A stretch of 64,000 nt of DNA from a virus. The notes under the pieces were generated by a model. That model saw only the letters and a list, made by a program, of their open reading frames with translations, ran no database searches and was not told where the DNA came from. A program made the translations under genes and the position numbers. The DNA lies in the IMG/VR virus record IMGVR_UViG_3300035670_000111, positions 1 through 64,000 of that record; one strand, given 5' to 3'. Below, piece by piece: positions 8,759-18,215 of this stretch (position 1 is its first letter; each line of letters starts with the position of its first letter).

Positions 8759-9133
8759 TTAAAGTTTGCCGCCAGGCGTACTTCTACGCTGTTTATCTGT
8801 GGCTACCCCACCAGATCTCCAGCTAGCCGCTTTACGTACTCCAGTGCTGGGTTTGGTGTTCTTCTTAACTGTTTTAGTTATACGAGGACGAATAACCTTT
8901 TTTGTTCTAGCTGTAAATTTCTTGCTGCTACGGTATCTGGAGATGGCAGAAGGATCTCCAGGATGTAAGTTCATTGACTGTCTAGATACCCAGGGAGCAT
9001 CCCGTACTACTTTGTCCCAGGTCATTGTAGAAAAACTGCCTATAGCAGTCTGAGCAACCCTAGGTCTTTTAGCGCCCTTAGGTGTAGCAGTTTTGGGCAT
9101 CCTAGGCTTTTTAGGCTGTTGAGGTTTTCTCAT
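8759..9133 (-). CDS. Highly basic hypothetical protein
   Basis: K/R-rich ORF, ATGA coupling. Confidence 0.65.
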   Translation of the reverse strand: MRKPQQPKKPRMPKTATPKGAKRPRVAQTAIGSFSTMTWDKVVRDAPWVSRQSMNLHPGDPSAISRYRSSKKFTARTKKVIRPRITKTVKKNTKPSTGVRKAASWRSGGVATDKQRRSTPGGKL

Positions 9134-9294
9134 CGACGTGGCCCCATAGCAGCTTTAGCTTGCTTTGCGTACTCTTTATTTCTGCACTGTGGGCATAGTC
9201 CTGTAGATCCAGAGAATAGCTTTTCAACAGGAGTCATAAGGCCATCGCATCCTGGACAGAAATCGCTATTGTTGTAAAAAGTTGGGATGCTCAA
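9130..9294 (-). CDS. 54-aa Zn-finger-like protein
   Basis: TTG start overlapping trx stop; MSIPTFYNNSDFCPGCDGLMTPVEKLFSGSTGLCPQCRNK... Confidence 0.65.
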   Translation of the reverse strand: MSIPTFYNNSDFCPGCDGLMTPVEKLFSGSTGLCPQCRNKEYAKQAKAAMGPRR

Positions 9295-9572
9295 TTGAAC
9301 GCCTCCGCTAGAGCATCTTTTTGAGTCAAACCGTTTAGAGAAGTCAAGAAGTCGCCGTGCTTAAATACCATAAAAGTTGGGAAACTAGACACACCATTTA
9401 TCTCTAACGCGTCGGATTCTTCCGAGTTAATACGAATTACCAATATGTCTGGATTGTCTGATTCAAATTGATCCATTATAGGATTTTGTTGCTGGCAGTA
9501 AGGGCACCAGTCTGCGTAAAAATACCAAAGTTCTTTTCCTTTTAATGCCGGATTTATATACTCCATTACCAA
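9291..9572 (-). CDS. Thioredoxin-family protein
   Basis: FYADWCPYC active site, V..FPT cis-Pro loop. Confidence 0.9.
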   Translation of the reverse strand: MVMEYINPALKGKELWYFYADWCPYCQQQNPIMDQFESDNPDILVIRINSEESDALEINGVSSFPTFMVFKHGDFLTSLNGLTQKDALAEAFN

Positions 9573-9925
9573 AATCCTTGTCCTTGTGCGTTACGCAATG
9601 TTCCTTCGTACCCAGCTTTAGAAGCAGTAAAGTCAACTCTTTCTGGCTGGAATTCCTCGTCAACATTCATGACATCAGTTATAGATAGTGCCCGGGTTCT
9701 GTAACCAAATCGTGGTCTAAATGGATCTATCTGAGGCAGATTAGGGCGTACAACCCCCTGTAGCTCCGCTCCAGGCATAGTAATAGAATTAAGAGCCTGG
9801 CTTAGAAGACGTTCTTGTACTGACCCAAATGGGCCCATATAGTCATAACGAATACCGACTTCTTCTTGGTCGGCAACAATTCCGCGTGGCTTACTGCGGT
9901 CGTAAATTGAGTCTTGTGAGTTCAT
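9566..9925 (-). CDS. Hypothetical protein
   Basis: Packed ORF. Confidence 0.7.
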   Translation of the reverse strand: MNSQDSIYDRSKPRGIVADQEEVGIRYDYMGPFGSVQERLLSQALNSITMPGAELQGVVRPNLPQIDPFRPRFGYRTRALSITDVMNVDEEFQPERVDFTASKAGYEGTLRNAQGQGFW

Positions 9926-10471
9926 TTAGTTCCATTTTGGACGTAGGTGAGCGAACTGTTGGCCCACTCTAGGGTTGAACTCAACTGGCACGTTTGAAGA
10001 TACGTTAGCCTTACCATCATTAACAAGCTTGGTATTTAAAGCTAAACCTGGATTTGGAGCATAACGACGAACCATCATGTTGACGGCCCCTTCGTTCTCT
10101 ACAACTGAATATAAATTTTTATTTAATCTGCGATCTGGTTTAAGATCTGCAGGCCACATGTATTGGGAAGCATCTATGCGCTCGCCCTTGTGCACACCGC
10201 GTTGATACCCGCGTTGGTTTTGTCTAGACTTTAAAGAATCTAAAACTGAATCTGATACTGAATACGGCTTGCCTTTATCGTCACGTCGTGAACGTATAGT
10301 TCCTAAGTAACCGTCTGGATACTCAGCTTCTGGAGTACGGCCGATACCCATACGCTCGAAGTCGAGATCACTTCGAGGCACAACCGGAGTACCCCCGCCA
10401 CCGGTGGTGGCGTAGGCACCCAGGTATCCATTAGCACCTAGGTATTGCCAGTTTTGATGTGACTGAGGCAT
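9926..10471 (-). CDS. Hypothetical protein (probably leaderless transcript)
   Basis: ORF; TAAACT 6 nt upstream of ATG, no SD. Confidence 0.7.
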   Translation of the reverse strand: MPQSHQNWQYLGANGYLGAYATTGGGGTPVVPRSDLDFERMGIGRTPEAEYPDGYLGTIRSRRDDKGKPYSVSDSVLDSLKSRQNQRGYQRGVHKGERIDASQYMWPADLKPDRRLNKNLYSVVENEGAVNMMVRRYAPNPGLALNTKLVNDGKANVSSNVPVEFNPRVGQQFAHLRPKWN

Positions 10472-10486
10472 ACCCTAAGTTTACTT

Positions 10487-10783
10487 CTATTTGCCCTTAG
10501 CGGCTTCCTTAGCTGAAGCTTTTCTTGCTTCGTCTGCAAGCTTTACAGAAAGCTCTGCAGCTGCAGCTGAGGCTACTCGACCAAAAGCCGGGTCCTTCTT
10601 GTTAGCCCAACGTAGGACTGTAGGAATTGCGGAAGACCAGAGAGCATTAGCTACTAGTATCCACTCATCGAAGCCAAATTCTAGGGGAGAAGCTACCCCG
10701 CTAGTTTGAGCCACGATCATGACAGCGCCGATTACCTGACCAATCAGGTTACGGAGGTATGATTCAATTGCTGCTTTATTCAT
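10487..10783 (-). CDS. Holin-like membrane protein
   Basis: Two hydrophobic segments, N.KDPAFG motif, basic C-terminus. Confidence 0.55.
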   Translation of the reverse strand: MNKAAIESYLRNLIGQVIGAVMIVAQTSGVASPLEFGFDEWILVANALWSSAIPTVLRWANKKDPAFGRVASAAAAELSVKLADEARKASAKEAAKGK

Positions 10784-10977
10784 TTATCTTCCTTGCTAAT
10801 CAACAAGCGATGAATTTCATCGACCTTGTCTTTAACTGATCCTCCACCGTTTGGTTTAAGTTCAGTTAAATATTCTTTAACTAGTCTCTTAACAAGTTTA
10901 GCTATTCGTAATTCTATAATTCCCAAAAGTGTTAGGGTTCCTATTACGATAGAAATAGCTAGTTGTGTGTCCGTCAT
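10780..10977 (-). CDS. Single-TM membrane protein of the actinophage lysis-cassette type
   Basis: N-terminal TM then ELKPNGGGSVKDKVD. Confidence 0.65.
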   Translation of the reverse strand: MTDTQLAISIVIGTLTLLGIIELRIAKLVKRLVKEYLTELKPNGGGSVKDKVDEIHRLLISKEDK

Positions 10978-11000
10978 TACATAAAGTCCTTTTAAAAAAT

Positions 11001-11045
11001 AGTGGGGCTAATATGATGCATATAATGCAACACATTAACCCCACT
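11001..11045 (-). terminator. Long intrinsic terminator hairpin upstream of the holin-like genes
   Basis: AGTGGGGTTAATGTG...CATATTAGCCCCACT (two G.U pairs, valid only on minus strand) followed by ATTTTTT. Confidence 0.7.
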
Positions 11046-11067
11046 GTGACGGTAAACGCGTAAGAAT

Positions 11068-12267
11068 TTACTTGGCAGAATAAGTAAACTCTTGGCCGCG
11101 GTAGAGGGTTTTACCGTCGTCTATGTGCACCAAATCCACGTGGAATGATCCCTCTGGCTTGTAGGTAATGACAGCCATTCCCTGCTGCCAATTCTCGTAG
11201 TACGTAACAGGGCGCCCATCAATGCCAACTGCGCCTTTAACGCTTGGCACTGCGCCATCAATTCTGCATAAGCAACCAGGACTGATAGCCATAGCTTTAA
11301 TTCTTCCGGCTCTGTCGAACGTAGTCTTTGATTGGATCTCTTGACGATGTATATGGCCAAACACAGTTGAGATGTGCGGCATCTCGTTTGTGTATTTCAT
11401 AGCTGTGCTTCCTCCGGAGTTAACTTTATCTCCATGAATTGCACGAAGGCTGTCGTTAATCCACCACATTCCAGCCGGGTATGCGTCAATATATTCAACA
11501 TCTAGTTCATCTAGACGAAGCAAATAAGGTAATGACATTACCGGCCAAGAGTCCGGGACATTTGCTCTGCGAAGCCCAAACGCAGAAAGCGCATTGGCTT
11601 GCACAAACTTTTGCATGCGTCGATCATGATTACCTTCTAATACAACGATTTTCGCATCTGGAGCTGCGGCACGCTGCTCACCTAGGAACAAATGTCCTCG
11701 ATCTATTGCATGCTGAGTTGTGAACGCAAATGCTGCTTCTTGTTCGTACTTACCTTGAGCAGGTAGATCTAAAAAATCTCCAAGGTTTACTACTTGATCT
11801 ACTCCACCGTCATGCTCTAAAGCATTAGTGACTTGTAAAGCAACGTCCATAGCTGCGTCGTCGTGAAATGGGTCTAGGCCCGTATCAAACTGTCTAAAAC
11901 CTATTTGAGGATCAGGAAGGATTACCGCTTGTTTCCAACCTCCAATTAATGCTGGAGCCTTTTTTGGTTTCGAAGGGGTCTTAATTACTACTGGCTGAGC
12001 TTGCTGTACTACCGGCCACTCAGGTCCTTGTTCCCACTTAGGGCTAATCTGTATGCCAATTAGATCCTTAGTCTGTATTTCGCCGTCAGCATCTTTAGCT
12101 GCGGTTTGATAAAGACTTACTCTGCTGATCTTACCGACTTCATCTAGATCAATATTGTTTCGATCTAGTAAATCTTTAATTGCTCCAAGAGCATCTTTAC
12201 TAGCGTTATCTGCCCTAAAATTTTTTATGGCATCGCCTATGTTTAATTCATCCATAAGCAAGAACAT
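11068..12267 (-). CDS. Calcineurin-like metallophosphoesterase
   Basis: PDPQ, LGDFLD, GNHD, HG, GHIH motifs; real start may be ATG 12255. Confidence 0.88.
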   Translation of the reverse strand: MFLLMDELNIGDAIKNFRADNASKDALGAIKDLLDRNNIDLDEVGKISRVSLYQTAAKDADGEIQTKDLIGIQISPKWEQGPEWPVVQQAQPVVIKTPSKPKKAPALIGGWKQAVILPDPQIGFRQFDTGLDPFHDDAAMDVALQVTNALEHDGGVDQVVNLGDFLDLPAQGKYEQEAAFAFTTQHAIDRGHLFLGEQRAAAPDAKIVVLEGNHDRRMQKFVQANALSAFGLRRANVPDSWPVMSLPYLLRLDELDVEYIDAYPAGMWWINDSLRAIHGDKVNSGGSTAMKYTNEMPHISTVFGHIHRQEIQSKTTFDRAGRIKAMAISPGCLCRIDGAVPSVKGAVGIDGRPVTYYENWQQGMAVITYKPEGSFHVDLVHIDDGKTLYRGQEFTYSAK

Positions 12268-12491
12268 CCTTTCATTCTATGTTTACGGATGGTTTCAACT
12301 GATACAACAAACCCAATAGACCTTAAAAATAGCCTTAATTTATGGTTTGAAATAGGATCATCAAATAAAAGACTTTCCGCATCCTTTTTATCTTGCTCAG
12401 AAAGTTTTGAAATCCATTCGCCAACTAAGCAAGTCTTAACTTCTTTTATATTGTTTTGTTTCTTAAAATCTGCCAAAGCATCTGCCAGCAT
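12243..12491 (-). CDS. Small HTH/Zn-like protein paired with the phosphoesterase
   Basis: C...IRKHRMKGCSC pattern, GGAG RBS. Confidence 0.65.
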   Translation of the reverse strand: MLADALADFKKQNNIKEVKTCLVGEWISKLSEQDKKDAESLLFDDPISNHKLRLFLRSIGFVVSVETIRKHRMKGCSCLWMN

Positions 12492-12521
12492 TTCTTCTCC
12501 GTTCGGTGCACGAAATTAGAA

Positions 12522-12548
12522 ACCGGTATGGGAAGGTCCCATACCGGT
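12522..12548 (-). terminator. Hairpin (terminator or 5' leader stem)
   Basis: 12-bp perfect stem ACCGGTATGGGA/TCCCATACCGGT followed by TTCTAATTT on minus strand. Confidence 0.6.
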
Positions 12549-12565
12549 ATCTATACTACACGTTC

Positions 12566-12919
12566 TTAGTAGGAGGTTGCAACACCGTCACTGAAGTTAG
12601 GGTTGGTGCGGTTTACAACAGAATTAAACTTTCTGCCGTTAGCCTGGGTTGCACCAGCTTCAGGACTTGTGGCCTTCAAGTAGGAAGTCTTGATGCCATA
12701 GGCTGCACCATTACGGTCACGTCCTGCAGGAACATTCTTACGAATGCCTACTGGCTGAGCGTATGGATCGCCGGCTGCGGTATTCTTCTTCTTAACAAGA
12801 GTACCTTTTTTTGGAACGCCAGCAGTGAACTTTACGCCATCCTTATTCATAGGAGTGCGTCCTTGTGCTGCCATGCCTGCCAAAGCTTCCTCTGGACTTG
12901 GAATAGATGATTTTGCCAT
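12566..12919 (-). CDS. Basic hypothetical protein
   Basis: ORF with AAGGA RBS and upstream TACCTT -10-like hexamer. Confidence 0.7.
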   Translation of the reverse strand: MAKSSIPSPEEALAGMAAQGRTPMNKDGVKFTAGVPKKGTLVKKKNTAAGDPYAQPVGIRKNVPAGRDRNGAAYGIKTSYLKATSPEAGATQANGRKFNSVVNRTNPNFSDGVATSY

Positions 12920-12964
12920 ATTCTTTCCTTAAGGTTAGAGTTGAGATCTCACTCTAAAGGTACC

Positions 12965-13249
12965 TCAGCTTACGCTGATTGTAAAGACTATCGCGGAGAT
13001 TTGTCCGTCACGAGAGTCTACAGTGGTAAATCCTGGTCTACAGGTAAGATCTAGCCCCCTGGGAGCTACGTATCCACGTGCTATAGCTATGGCTTTTACA
13101 GCCTGATTTACAGCGGAAGCACCTACTGCACGTAACTTAACGGTTGGGGATTCATATAGGGCATGGGCAATAGCCGAGCCTACGGACTGGGCATTGGAGC
13201 CCGCGCTTACACGCAGGAACTTATCGTCCTGCTCTTTAGTTTCACTCAC
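12965..13249 (-). CDS. spoVS: SpoVS family protein (Alba-like fold)
   Basis: LRVSAGSN..SVGSAIA...RAVGASAVNQAVKAIAIARGYVAP.G.DL.C.PGF is the SpoVS signature. Confidence 0.92.
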   Translation of the reverse strand: MSETKEQDDKFLRVSAGSNAQSVGSAIAHALYESPTVKLRAVGASAVNQAVKAIAIARGYVAPRGLDLTCRPGFTTVDSRDGQISAIVFTISVS

Positions 13250-13292
13250 GAGTTGTATTCCTTTGGGTTCGAGTTATGAGCGCCCTCAGGAA

Positions 13293-13880
13293 TTAGAGTA
13301 CGGGTTTCTCCCTATATTTTGGGTCTAAAAGCTTAGTAATAACTTCCTTCTCATATGCAGTATCAGCTCTGCCTGTAGCTATCCTAGCTAGGGCGTAGGA
13401 GTCAGCCGCGTTATCGTCGGTAAACTCAACATCCCACTTCTTAAAAACATTTAAAAGTATTTGATTCTTTTTGATTCCCTGACCTTTGCCAGTCACGTAT
13501 TTCTTTAACATAGCTGGGGCAACGATAAAGGGGTACCTAGCCTCTGTCTCATATAACCAGGATCTAAGCTCAAGCTTTACCAGGGCACCTATTTCCCCAG
13601 CCATATGGGCCATCTGAGCCCCGTACGCGTAGCCTTCCATAGCTGATCCTTGTACGTTGGTAACAGGCTCAAAAACATTCTGTCCTATGTATAAGGCAAT
13701 ATCTCTGAGTCGTTCCACTCCACGTAATGGGGAAGTGTAAACAAAGGTCTTGTAGAGAGTGCAGTCTTTACTAATTATCGTTATAGCGAATCCACTATAG
13801 GACTGATCTATCCCGATATATTTTTCTATTGACTTGTCAGTTAGATCAAGCCCACCATCAAATATTGGGTTGCGAGGCAC
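13293..13880 (-). CDS. RuvC-like Holliday junction resolvase
   Basis: IGIDQS, MEG, LKKYVTGKG, DNAADSYALA catalytic motifs. Confidence 0.85.
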   Translation of the reverse strand: MPRNPIFDGGLDLTDKSIEKYIGIDQSYSGFAITIISKDCTLYKTFVYTSPLRGVERLRDIALYIGQNVFEPVTNVQGSAMEGYAYGAQMAHMAGEIGALVKLELRSWLYETEARYPFIVAPAMLKKYVTGKGQGIKKNQILLNVFKKWDVEFTDDNAADSYALARIATGRADTAYEKEVITKLLDPKYREKPVL

Positions 13881-14238
13881 GCCTTGCTCTCTCTTCTATA
13901 ACCATTTGAACGGTACCAAAGTAACCTGCACCATCAACTAGGTTATCTCGTTTAGGCATATAAGCTTCTCTAGCTAATTTCACTCCGACCATACAGAGTC
14001 CGACTTGTTCAGGAGTTACTTGGATTCCTAGAACTACAGACCAGATAGAAGCGATACGTCCAAAGTTATCTAAAGGATGATCGTAAGTAGCATTTCTATC
14101 TCCAGTGATGAGGCGTTGAGCTTCTTCTAAGACTGTTTCACTATGTAGTGAATTTTCTAACTCTTGAACGGAATCCACCACCGTCCGAAGTTCTTCTTGT
14201 AAGTTCCCGGGATACCACTTGGGAGTCTCGTTCGACAT
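13858..14238 (-). CDS. DUF6378-like protein (putative dNTP diphosphohydrolase-like)
   Basis: GDRNATYDHP.DNF.RIA..W, VKLARE, DNLVDGAGY; true start probably downstream GTG. Confidence 0.7.
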   Translation of the reverse strand: MSNETPKWYPGNLQEELRTVVDSVQELENSLHSETVLEEAQRLITGDRNATYDHPLDNFGRIASIWSVVLGIQVTPEQVGLCMVGVKLAREAYMPKRDNLVDGAGYFGTVQMVIEERARRASQPNI

Positions 14239-14632
14239 TCTCTGCCCTCGTTTCTATCATCTTTCTAAAAGCATACTTTGTATCTAAATCTTCACGCAAC
14301 TCGATAACCTTTGGATCTGAAGCTATCTTAGCTTTAGTAACAGCAACTCTATCCGCCTTACTATCAGTCCAGTTAGCAAGCATAGAGTGAGCTTCATGAG
14401 TATCTAACACTCGTTCTGCCTCACGCTCATTTATAACGGCTATAGCTCTGGCTCCAGATAAATGATCATTCCATTGAGTAAACTGAACAAAGAGGTCCAT
14501 CAAACCCTCGTCATCTAATTCAGTGATATCTCTGGGCAGATCGGGAATAGGAAACTCTGGTTTAGCCGCAAGGGTTACTCCCAAGGAGTTCAGTGACTCT
14601 AAAACTTTTCTACTAATAGACATCCCTACCAC
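14141..14632 (-). CDS. Coiled-coil protein, possibly UvsY-like recombination mediator
   Basis: Helical heptads, I..DP.V motif, position among recA/nuclease genes. Confidence 0.5.
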   Translation of the reverse strand: MVGMSISRKVLESLNSLGVTLAAKPEFPIPDLPRDITELDDEGLMDLFVQFTQWNDHLSGARAIAVINEREAERVLDTHEAHSMLANWTDSKADRVAVTKAKIASDPKVIELREDLDTKYAFRKMIETRAENVERDSQVVSRELTRRTSDGGGFRSRVRKFTT

Positions 14633-15327
14633 CTTTTTAGTTTTCTAAACAGTTCTCGATAAGCGTGGTTAATACTACTATGCTTTATCTTGTTGTGCTG
14701 TTCGATGACTTTTTCCTGGCTATCTACAACAACGCTAGACCACATGGAGTCCCAGTTTTCTCGTTTGAATGGGATCATCTGCACCATAGGGGTGCCTTGT
14801 TTTATAACCCCTTTAAAACCCTTAGTAACAAAAAAACTTAAGAATCCAGAAGACGCATAGGAGTCGGTATCAATTATCCCAGACATCGCATGTATAGGTG
14901 TAGGGAGTTGATGTATGGGGTTAGTAAATAACGTACTATAACCTTCAGGAGTTTCTATCGCCCATAAAGGATTTACTCGCATTACTTCTTTATGGTATTT
15001 ACTTAGATCCATAGGGTAGTTATTATATTGATGGTAGTGGTGGTCGGTCAATATCTGAGGGGTGTAATCCCACAAAGATTTATCTTCTAACCAAAAATCT
15101 AAAAAGTCTGGATTAGTTGCATCTACATGGACATCTGCGGGCATCACATACATGTAACCGGCAGTCATAGCGTCCAGTATAGGCATGCACCTTTTTATAG
15201 TTGGGTGCTTTTCATCTCCAAAGTCTTGCTCTCTATACCAACTAGGAACAATATTACTAGCTCGTACTGGCTTTACATCTAGGGCAAAGGGTACGGAACT
15301 AACCGGATGAAACTTTATCTCCATCAT
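14626..15327 (-). CDS. DUF6065-like / dUTPase-like-fold protein, paralog 1
   Basis: P.WY, IKRCMPILDAMTAGY, TPEGYS.LFT.P, SGIIDTD, GTPMVQMIPFKRE. Confidence 0.6.
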   Translation of the reverse strand: MMEIKFHPVSSVPFALDVKPVRASNIVPSWYREQDFGDEKHPTIKRCMPILDAMTAGYMYVMPADVHVDATNPDFLDFWLEDKSLWDYTPQILTDHHYHQYNNYPMDLSKYHKEVMRVNPLWAIETPEGYSTLFTNPIHQLPTPIHAMSGIIDTDSYASSGFLSFFVTKGFKGVIKQGTPMVQMIPFKRENWDSMWSSVVVDSQEKVIEQHNKIKHSSINHAYRELFRKLKRW

Positions 15328-16163
15328 TCTCCCCTATATGGAGAGCAACGCTTGCATCCTTTTGCAGGATCTTGATTGCATACTGGAGGCCTATCGTTAT
15401 CAACTGCCCAAACTACATCTAAAGCAGCTTCAAATAAAGGCTCTACAAACTCTGGGGCATAGGAGACTACGAACTCTTTATAATCCTGTGTAGCCTTTAA
15501 CTCATAAATAAAAACTATTTCTTCTGGGGCAGACTCAAACTCCCCAGTCTCTACCATCAAGTGTGCCAGGTGTAGGTAGACCTGCCCTTGAAGTATGTGA
15601 CCTCTAAATGGGTTACGAATATTTTTCCATGCGCTGTCTAGATCTGCACCGCCAGAGAATAATGCTGGAGATTCCATGCGTATGGTTCCAGGCCCTATGG
15701 ACTTAACTTCAAGCAAGAAGTCTTCTCCTAAGCCCTTTACCCAGCCATCTGAATGGCCCGATATTCGATGCTTATCACTATGTAAAGGAACTTCTAAATA
15801 ATCAAGTCCTTCTGCAGCTGGCTCGTCAGATTTAGCCCAGTTGCCTCTAGTTCCCCAAACACCGTAAAGAGCCCCTATATCTGCAATGTAGCCCTGCCAC
15901 TTTTTATGTATGGCATGGCCCTCATCAAATATAGAGCGGGTGCGAAGGTTAGGCCGTTCTCTAGTCTCAACATAGTTTCCTTTGAGAGCATGAAAAGCGG
16001 CGAGCGCACACCATTCACTCTTTACGAGGTCTGATGGATGAATGACGTCTTGGCGACGAGAATCAAATGGTCTAAGAAGAGTATGGCGTTCGATAGCACC
16101 AAGCAAACGTGTCTCACGCTTACCGGCATCTAGGTACGCTTTTAGTTCTCCGAATTTAGCCAC
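15324..16163 (-). CDS. Cas4-like PD-(D/E)XK exonuclease
   Basis: HPS...C, G.AIH, ISGHSDG, EVKS, QxxxY, C-terminal C..CKRC. Confidence 0.85.
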   Translation of the reverse strand: MAKFGELKAYLDAGKRETRLLGAIERHTLLRPFDSRRQDVIHPSDLVKSEWCALAAFHALKGNYVETRERPNLRTRSIFDEGHAIHKKWQGYIADIGALYGVWGTRGNWAKSDEPAAEGLDYLEVPLHSDKHRISGHSDGWVKGLGEDFLLEVKSIGPGTIRMESPALFSGGADLDSAWKNIRNPFRGHILQGQVYLHLAHLMVETGEFESAPEEIVFIYELKATQDYKEFVVSYAPEFVEPLFEAALDVVWAVDNDRPPVCNQDPAKGCKRCSPYRGE

Positions 16164-16481
16164 TTATTTCTCCTGAGTTTCTAGCCACTCGTCGAGTGAT
16201 AAACCTTTCTTTTGGTACTTGCGCTTCATAGCATTTCGTTCTCTGTGGCTCATGCCACCAAAGATTCCATGAAGCTCATCGTTTTGTATCGCTTCTTTTA
16301 AGCATTCCTTGCGTACCGGGCACGGTGGACGACCGTCTCTACCCCAGCATATTGCTTTAGCTCTGTCAGCGATTGGCTTGTATAACGCTTTGTCTCTCGG
16401 TGGAAAGAAGATCTCGGTGTCTTCGCCACGACACTTCGCATCATATCTCCAAGCCCAGGGAAGACCATCCCTGTTTTCCAA
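16164..16481 (-). CDS. whiB: WhiB family transcription factor
   Basis: Four Cys (C..C..CPVRKEC), FFP, GIFGG, ER. Confidence 0.92.
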   Translation of the reverse strand: MENRDGLPWAWRYDAKCRGEDTEIFFPPRDKALYKPIADRAKAICWGRDGRPPCPVRKECLKEAIQNDELHGIFGGMSHRERNAMKRKYQKKGLSLDEWLETQEK

Positions 16482-16799
16482 TTAATCTCCTTGTATAGAG
16501 TTACGTAGTTCAAAGAAATCCTCCTCTCCCAATATCACATAGTTTTCTCCGTCAAGGTGAATGCCTAATATTGGAGTACGTCCATCTAGTATGGCTTCTT
16601 TAGTAATCTTTTTAAGAACTTCAGACTTAATAGTGACCTGTTTCTTGCCGGTCCACTTATGTTCTATCAAAAGTTCTTTATTCCTAACGTCACCTTTTCT
16701 AGACCAGAACGCTCCAGAAGCAGCATTTACTGATCCACCGATAACCTTAGCTAGTCTCTTCTCGTGCTTACGAGATTGTTTCTGACCCTCAGTCTTCAC
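16482..16799 (-). CDS. PD-(D/E)XK endonuclease, Hjc-like resolvase
   Basis: E.R.AK, SGA, KGD, IEHK motif. Confidence 0.7.
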   Translation of the reverse strand: MKTEGQKQSRKHEKRLAKVIGGSVNAASGAFWSRKGDVRNKELLIEHKWTGKKQVTIKSEVLKKITKEAILDGRTPILGIHLDGENYVILGEEDFFELRNSIQGD

Positions 16800-17841
16800 T
16801 ATTGATAGCCAGTACAGGAGAGTTCTTTAAGGTATCCATAACAGCAGAACTTAGTTCAGCACTAAGATCTAGCTCTTCTCGCAGAGAATCAATCAATGCT
16901 TGAGCACCTTGCCACTTGCGATCGCCGTAGTACATCCACCCTCCACGGCGGTCTACTATCCCATTCAAGATAGAGAGAGCGACAATTTCCTTAGCTCTAT
17001 CATACTCCCCTGCGCTGATAATTCCTCCGTCCGAAAAGTAAAAGTCCAAGTACGCGGTCTGCTGGGGTGGGAAAGTCTTATTTTTAATAGTTCGTACCCT
17101 GATAGTCTGTCCGACACGCTTCTTATCCTGTCCTGTTCCGGCTTCTAGCCACTCATCTCTCTTAACCTCACAGCGGATGCTGTAGGCGTAATCCTTACCT
17201 AAACCTCCAGGAGTAGTACGGGGATCTCCGTGCATAACTCCGATCTTCATACGGTATTGGTTGATCATAAGTCCAAGGACTGGACGCTCTTCCTCAACGA
17301 GGTCACGTTTTGTTGCAGCTGAGACCTTACGGAAAAACTTATTTGTGAGCATAGCGCCTCGTCCGACCGTAAACTCTTCCATGCTCTTTTCATCCTCCGC
17401 CGAAGGGACAAGCGCAGGTAAAGAGTCGACGACAACCATATCAACAGACTTAGACTCGCAAAACTGAATAACAGAATCAAAGGCATCCTCCATGCTATTT
17501 GTTTCTACTAATAAAACACGATCGGTATCTACGCCACATAGTTGAGCGTACTTAGTATCAAACTGCTCAGCCGCAATCCAAACTACAGTAAAGTCAGGAT
17601 CTAAAGCTTGATTAGCAGCAATAGTTTTTAATGCTAGTGCGGTCTTGCCATGAGACGCTTCTCCAACTACTTCAACCCAATGATTCATGGGCCAACCCCC
17701 GCCAAGAACTACATCTAGAGTCAAAGACCCTGTAGTAATTCTTTTTGGAGCTCTAGTCATACTTGCAGGAACAACAGTGTTGTTACCTAGCTTCTTATTG
17801 ATAAGTGCTGCAATCTTTAATACTTCGGAGTTAAGCGCCAT
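16789..17841 (-). CDS. recA: RecA/UvsX recombinase
   Basis: GEASHGKT Walker A, VVVDS Walker B, INQ.R.KIGVMHGDP.TTPGG, KNK. Confidence 0.95.
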   Translation of the reverse strand: MALNSEVLKIAALINKKLGNNTVVPASMTRAPKRITTGSLTLDVVLGGGWPMNHWVEVVGEASHGKTALALKTIAANQALDPDFTVVWIAAEQFDTKYAQLCGVDTDRVLLVETNSMEDAFDSVIQFCESKSVDMVVVDSLPALVPSAEDEKSMEEFTVGRGAMLTNKFFRKVSAATKRDLVEEERPVLGLMINQYRMKIGVMHGDPRTTPGGLGKDYAYSIRCEVKRDEWLEAGTGQDKKRVGQTIRVRTIKNKTFPPQQTAYLDFYFSDGGIISAGEYDRAKEIVALSILNGIVDRRGGWMYYGDRKWQGAQALIDSLREELDLSAELSSAVMDTLKNSPVLAINSED

Positions 17842-18215
17842 TAGCCAAGCCTTTCTACAATTACATTTGGATTAAAACCAGATCCTACCGCAGGTTGTTT
17901 AGCTGGTCGAGCCGGCGCACCATCAGTAGGTATTCCACTTCCAGTGCCAGATTGAACTAGTGGGTACCCACAGTCATAGCACCTCTTCAAACTCGTTCCT
18001 TGAGGAGCCATATAGTTTCCAGAGTTACATCCTGGGCAACGATCTACCTGTCTAGCACTCGTCGCTTTAGTAACTACTTGATCAGCTGCAGGATCATATG
18101 AAACAGGGATGTTCTGCTTTGTGTACGCATACGGAACTGGTTGGGGCGGAGCAACCGGGGGAACCGAGGGTACGTTGGGTTGAGATAGTTTTTTAGACCA
18201 CCAGTCATTCGTCAT
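17841..18215 (-). CDS. Zn-ribbon hypothetical protein
   Basis: CPGC...CYDC, Pro-rich N-terminus. Confidence 0.7.
   Translation of the reverse strand: MTNDWWSKKLSQPNVPSVPPVAPPQPVPYAYTKQNIPVSYDPAADQVVTKATSARQVDRCPGCNSGNYMAPQGTSLKRCYDCGYPLVQSGTGSGIPTDGAPARPAKQPAVGSGFNPNVIVERLG

Noticed and set aside
15324-16163. Cas4-like gene as evidence of a CRISPR system
   Set aside because: No array or other cas genes seen; solo Cas4-like nucleases are normal in phage recombination modules
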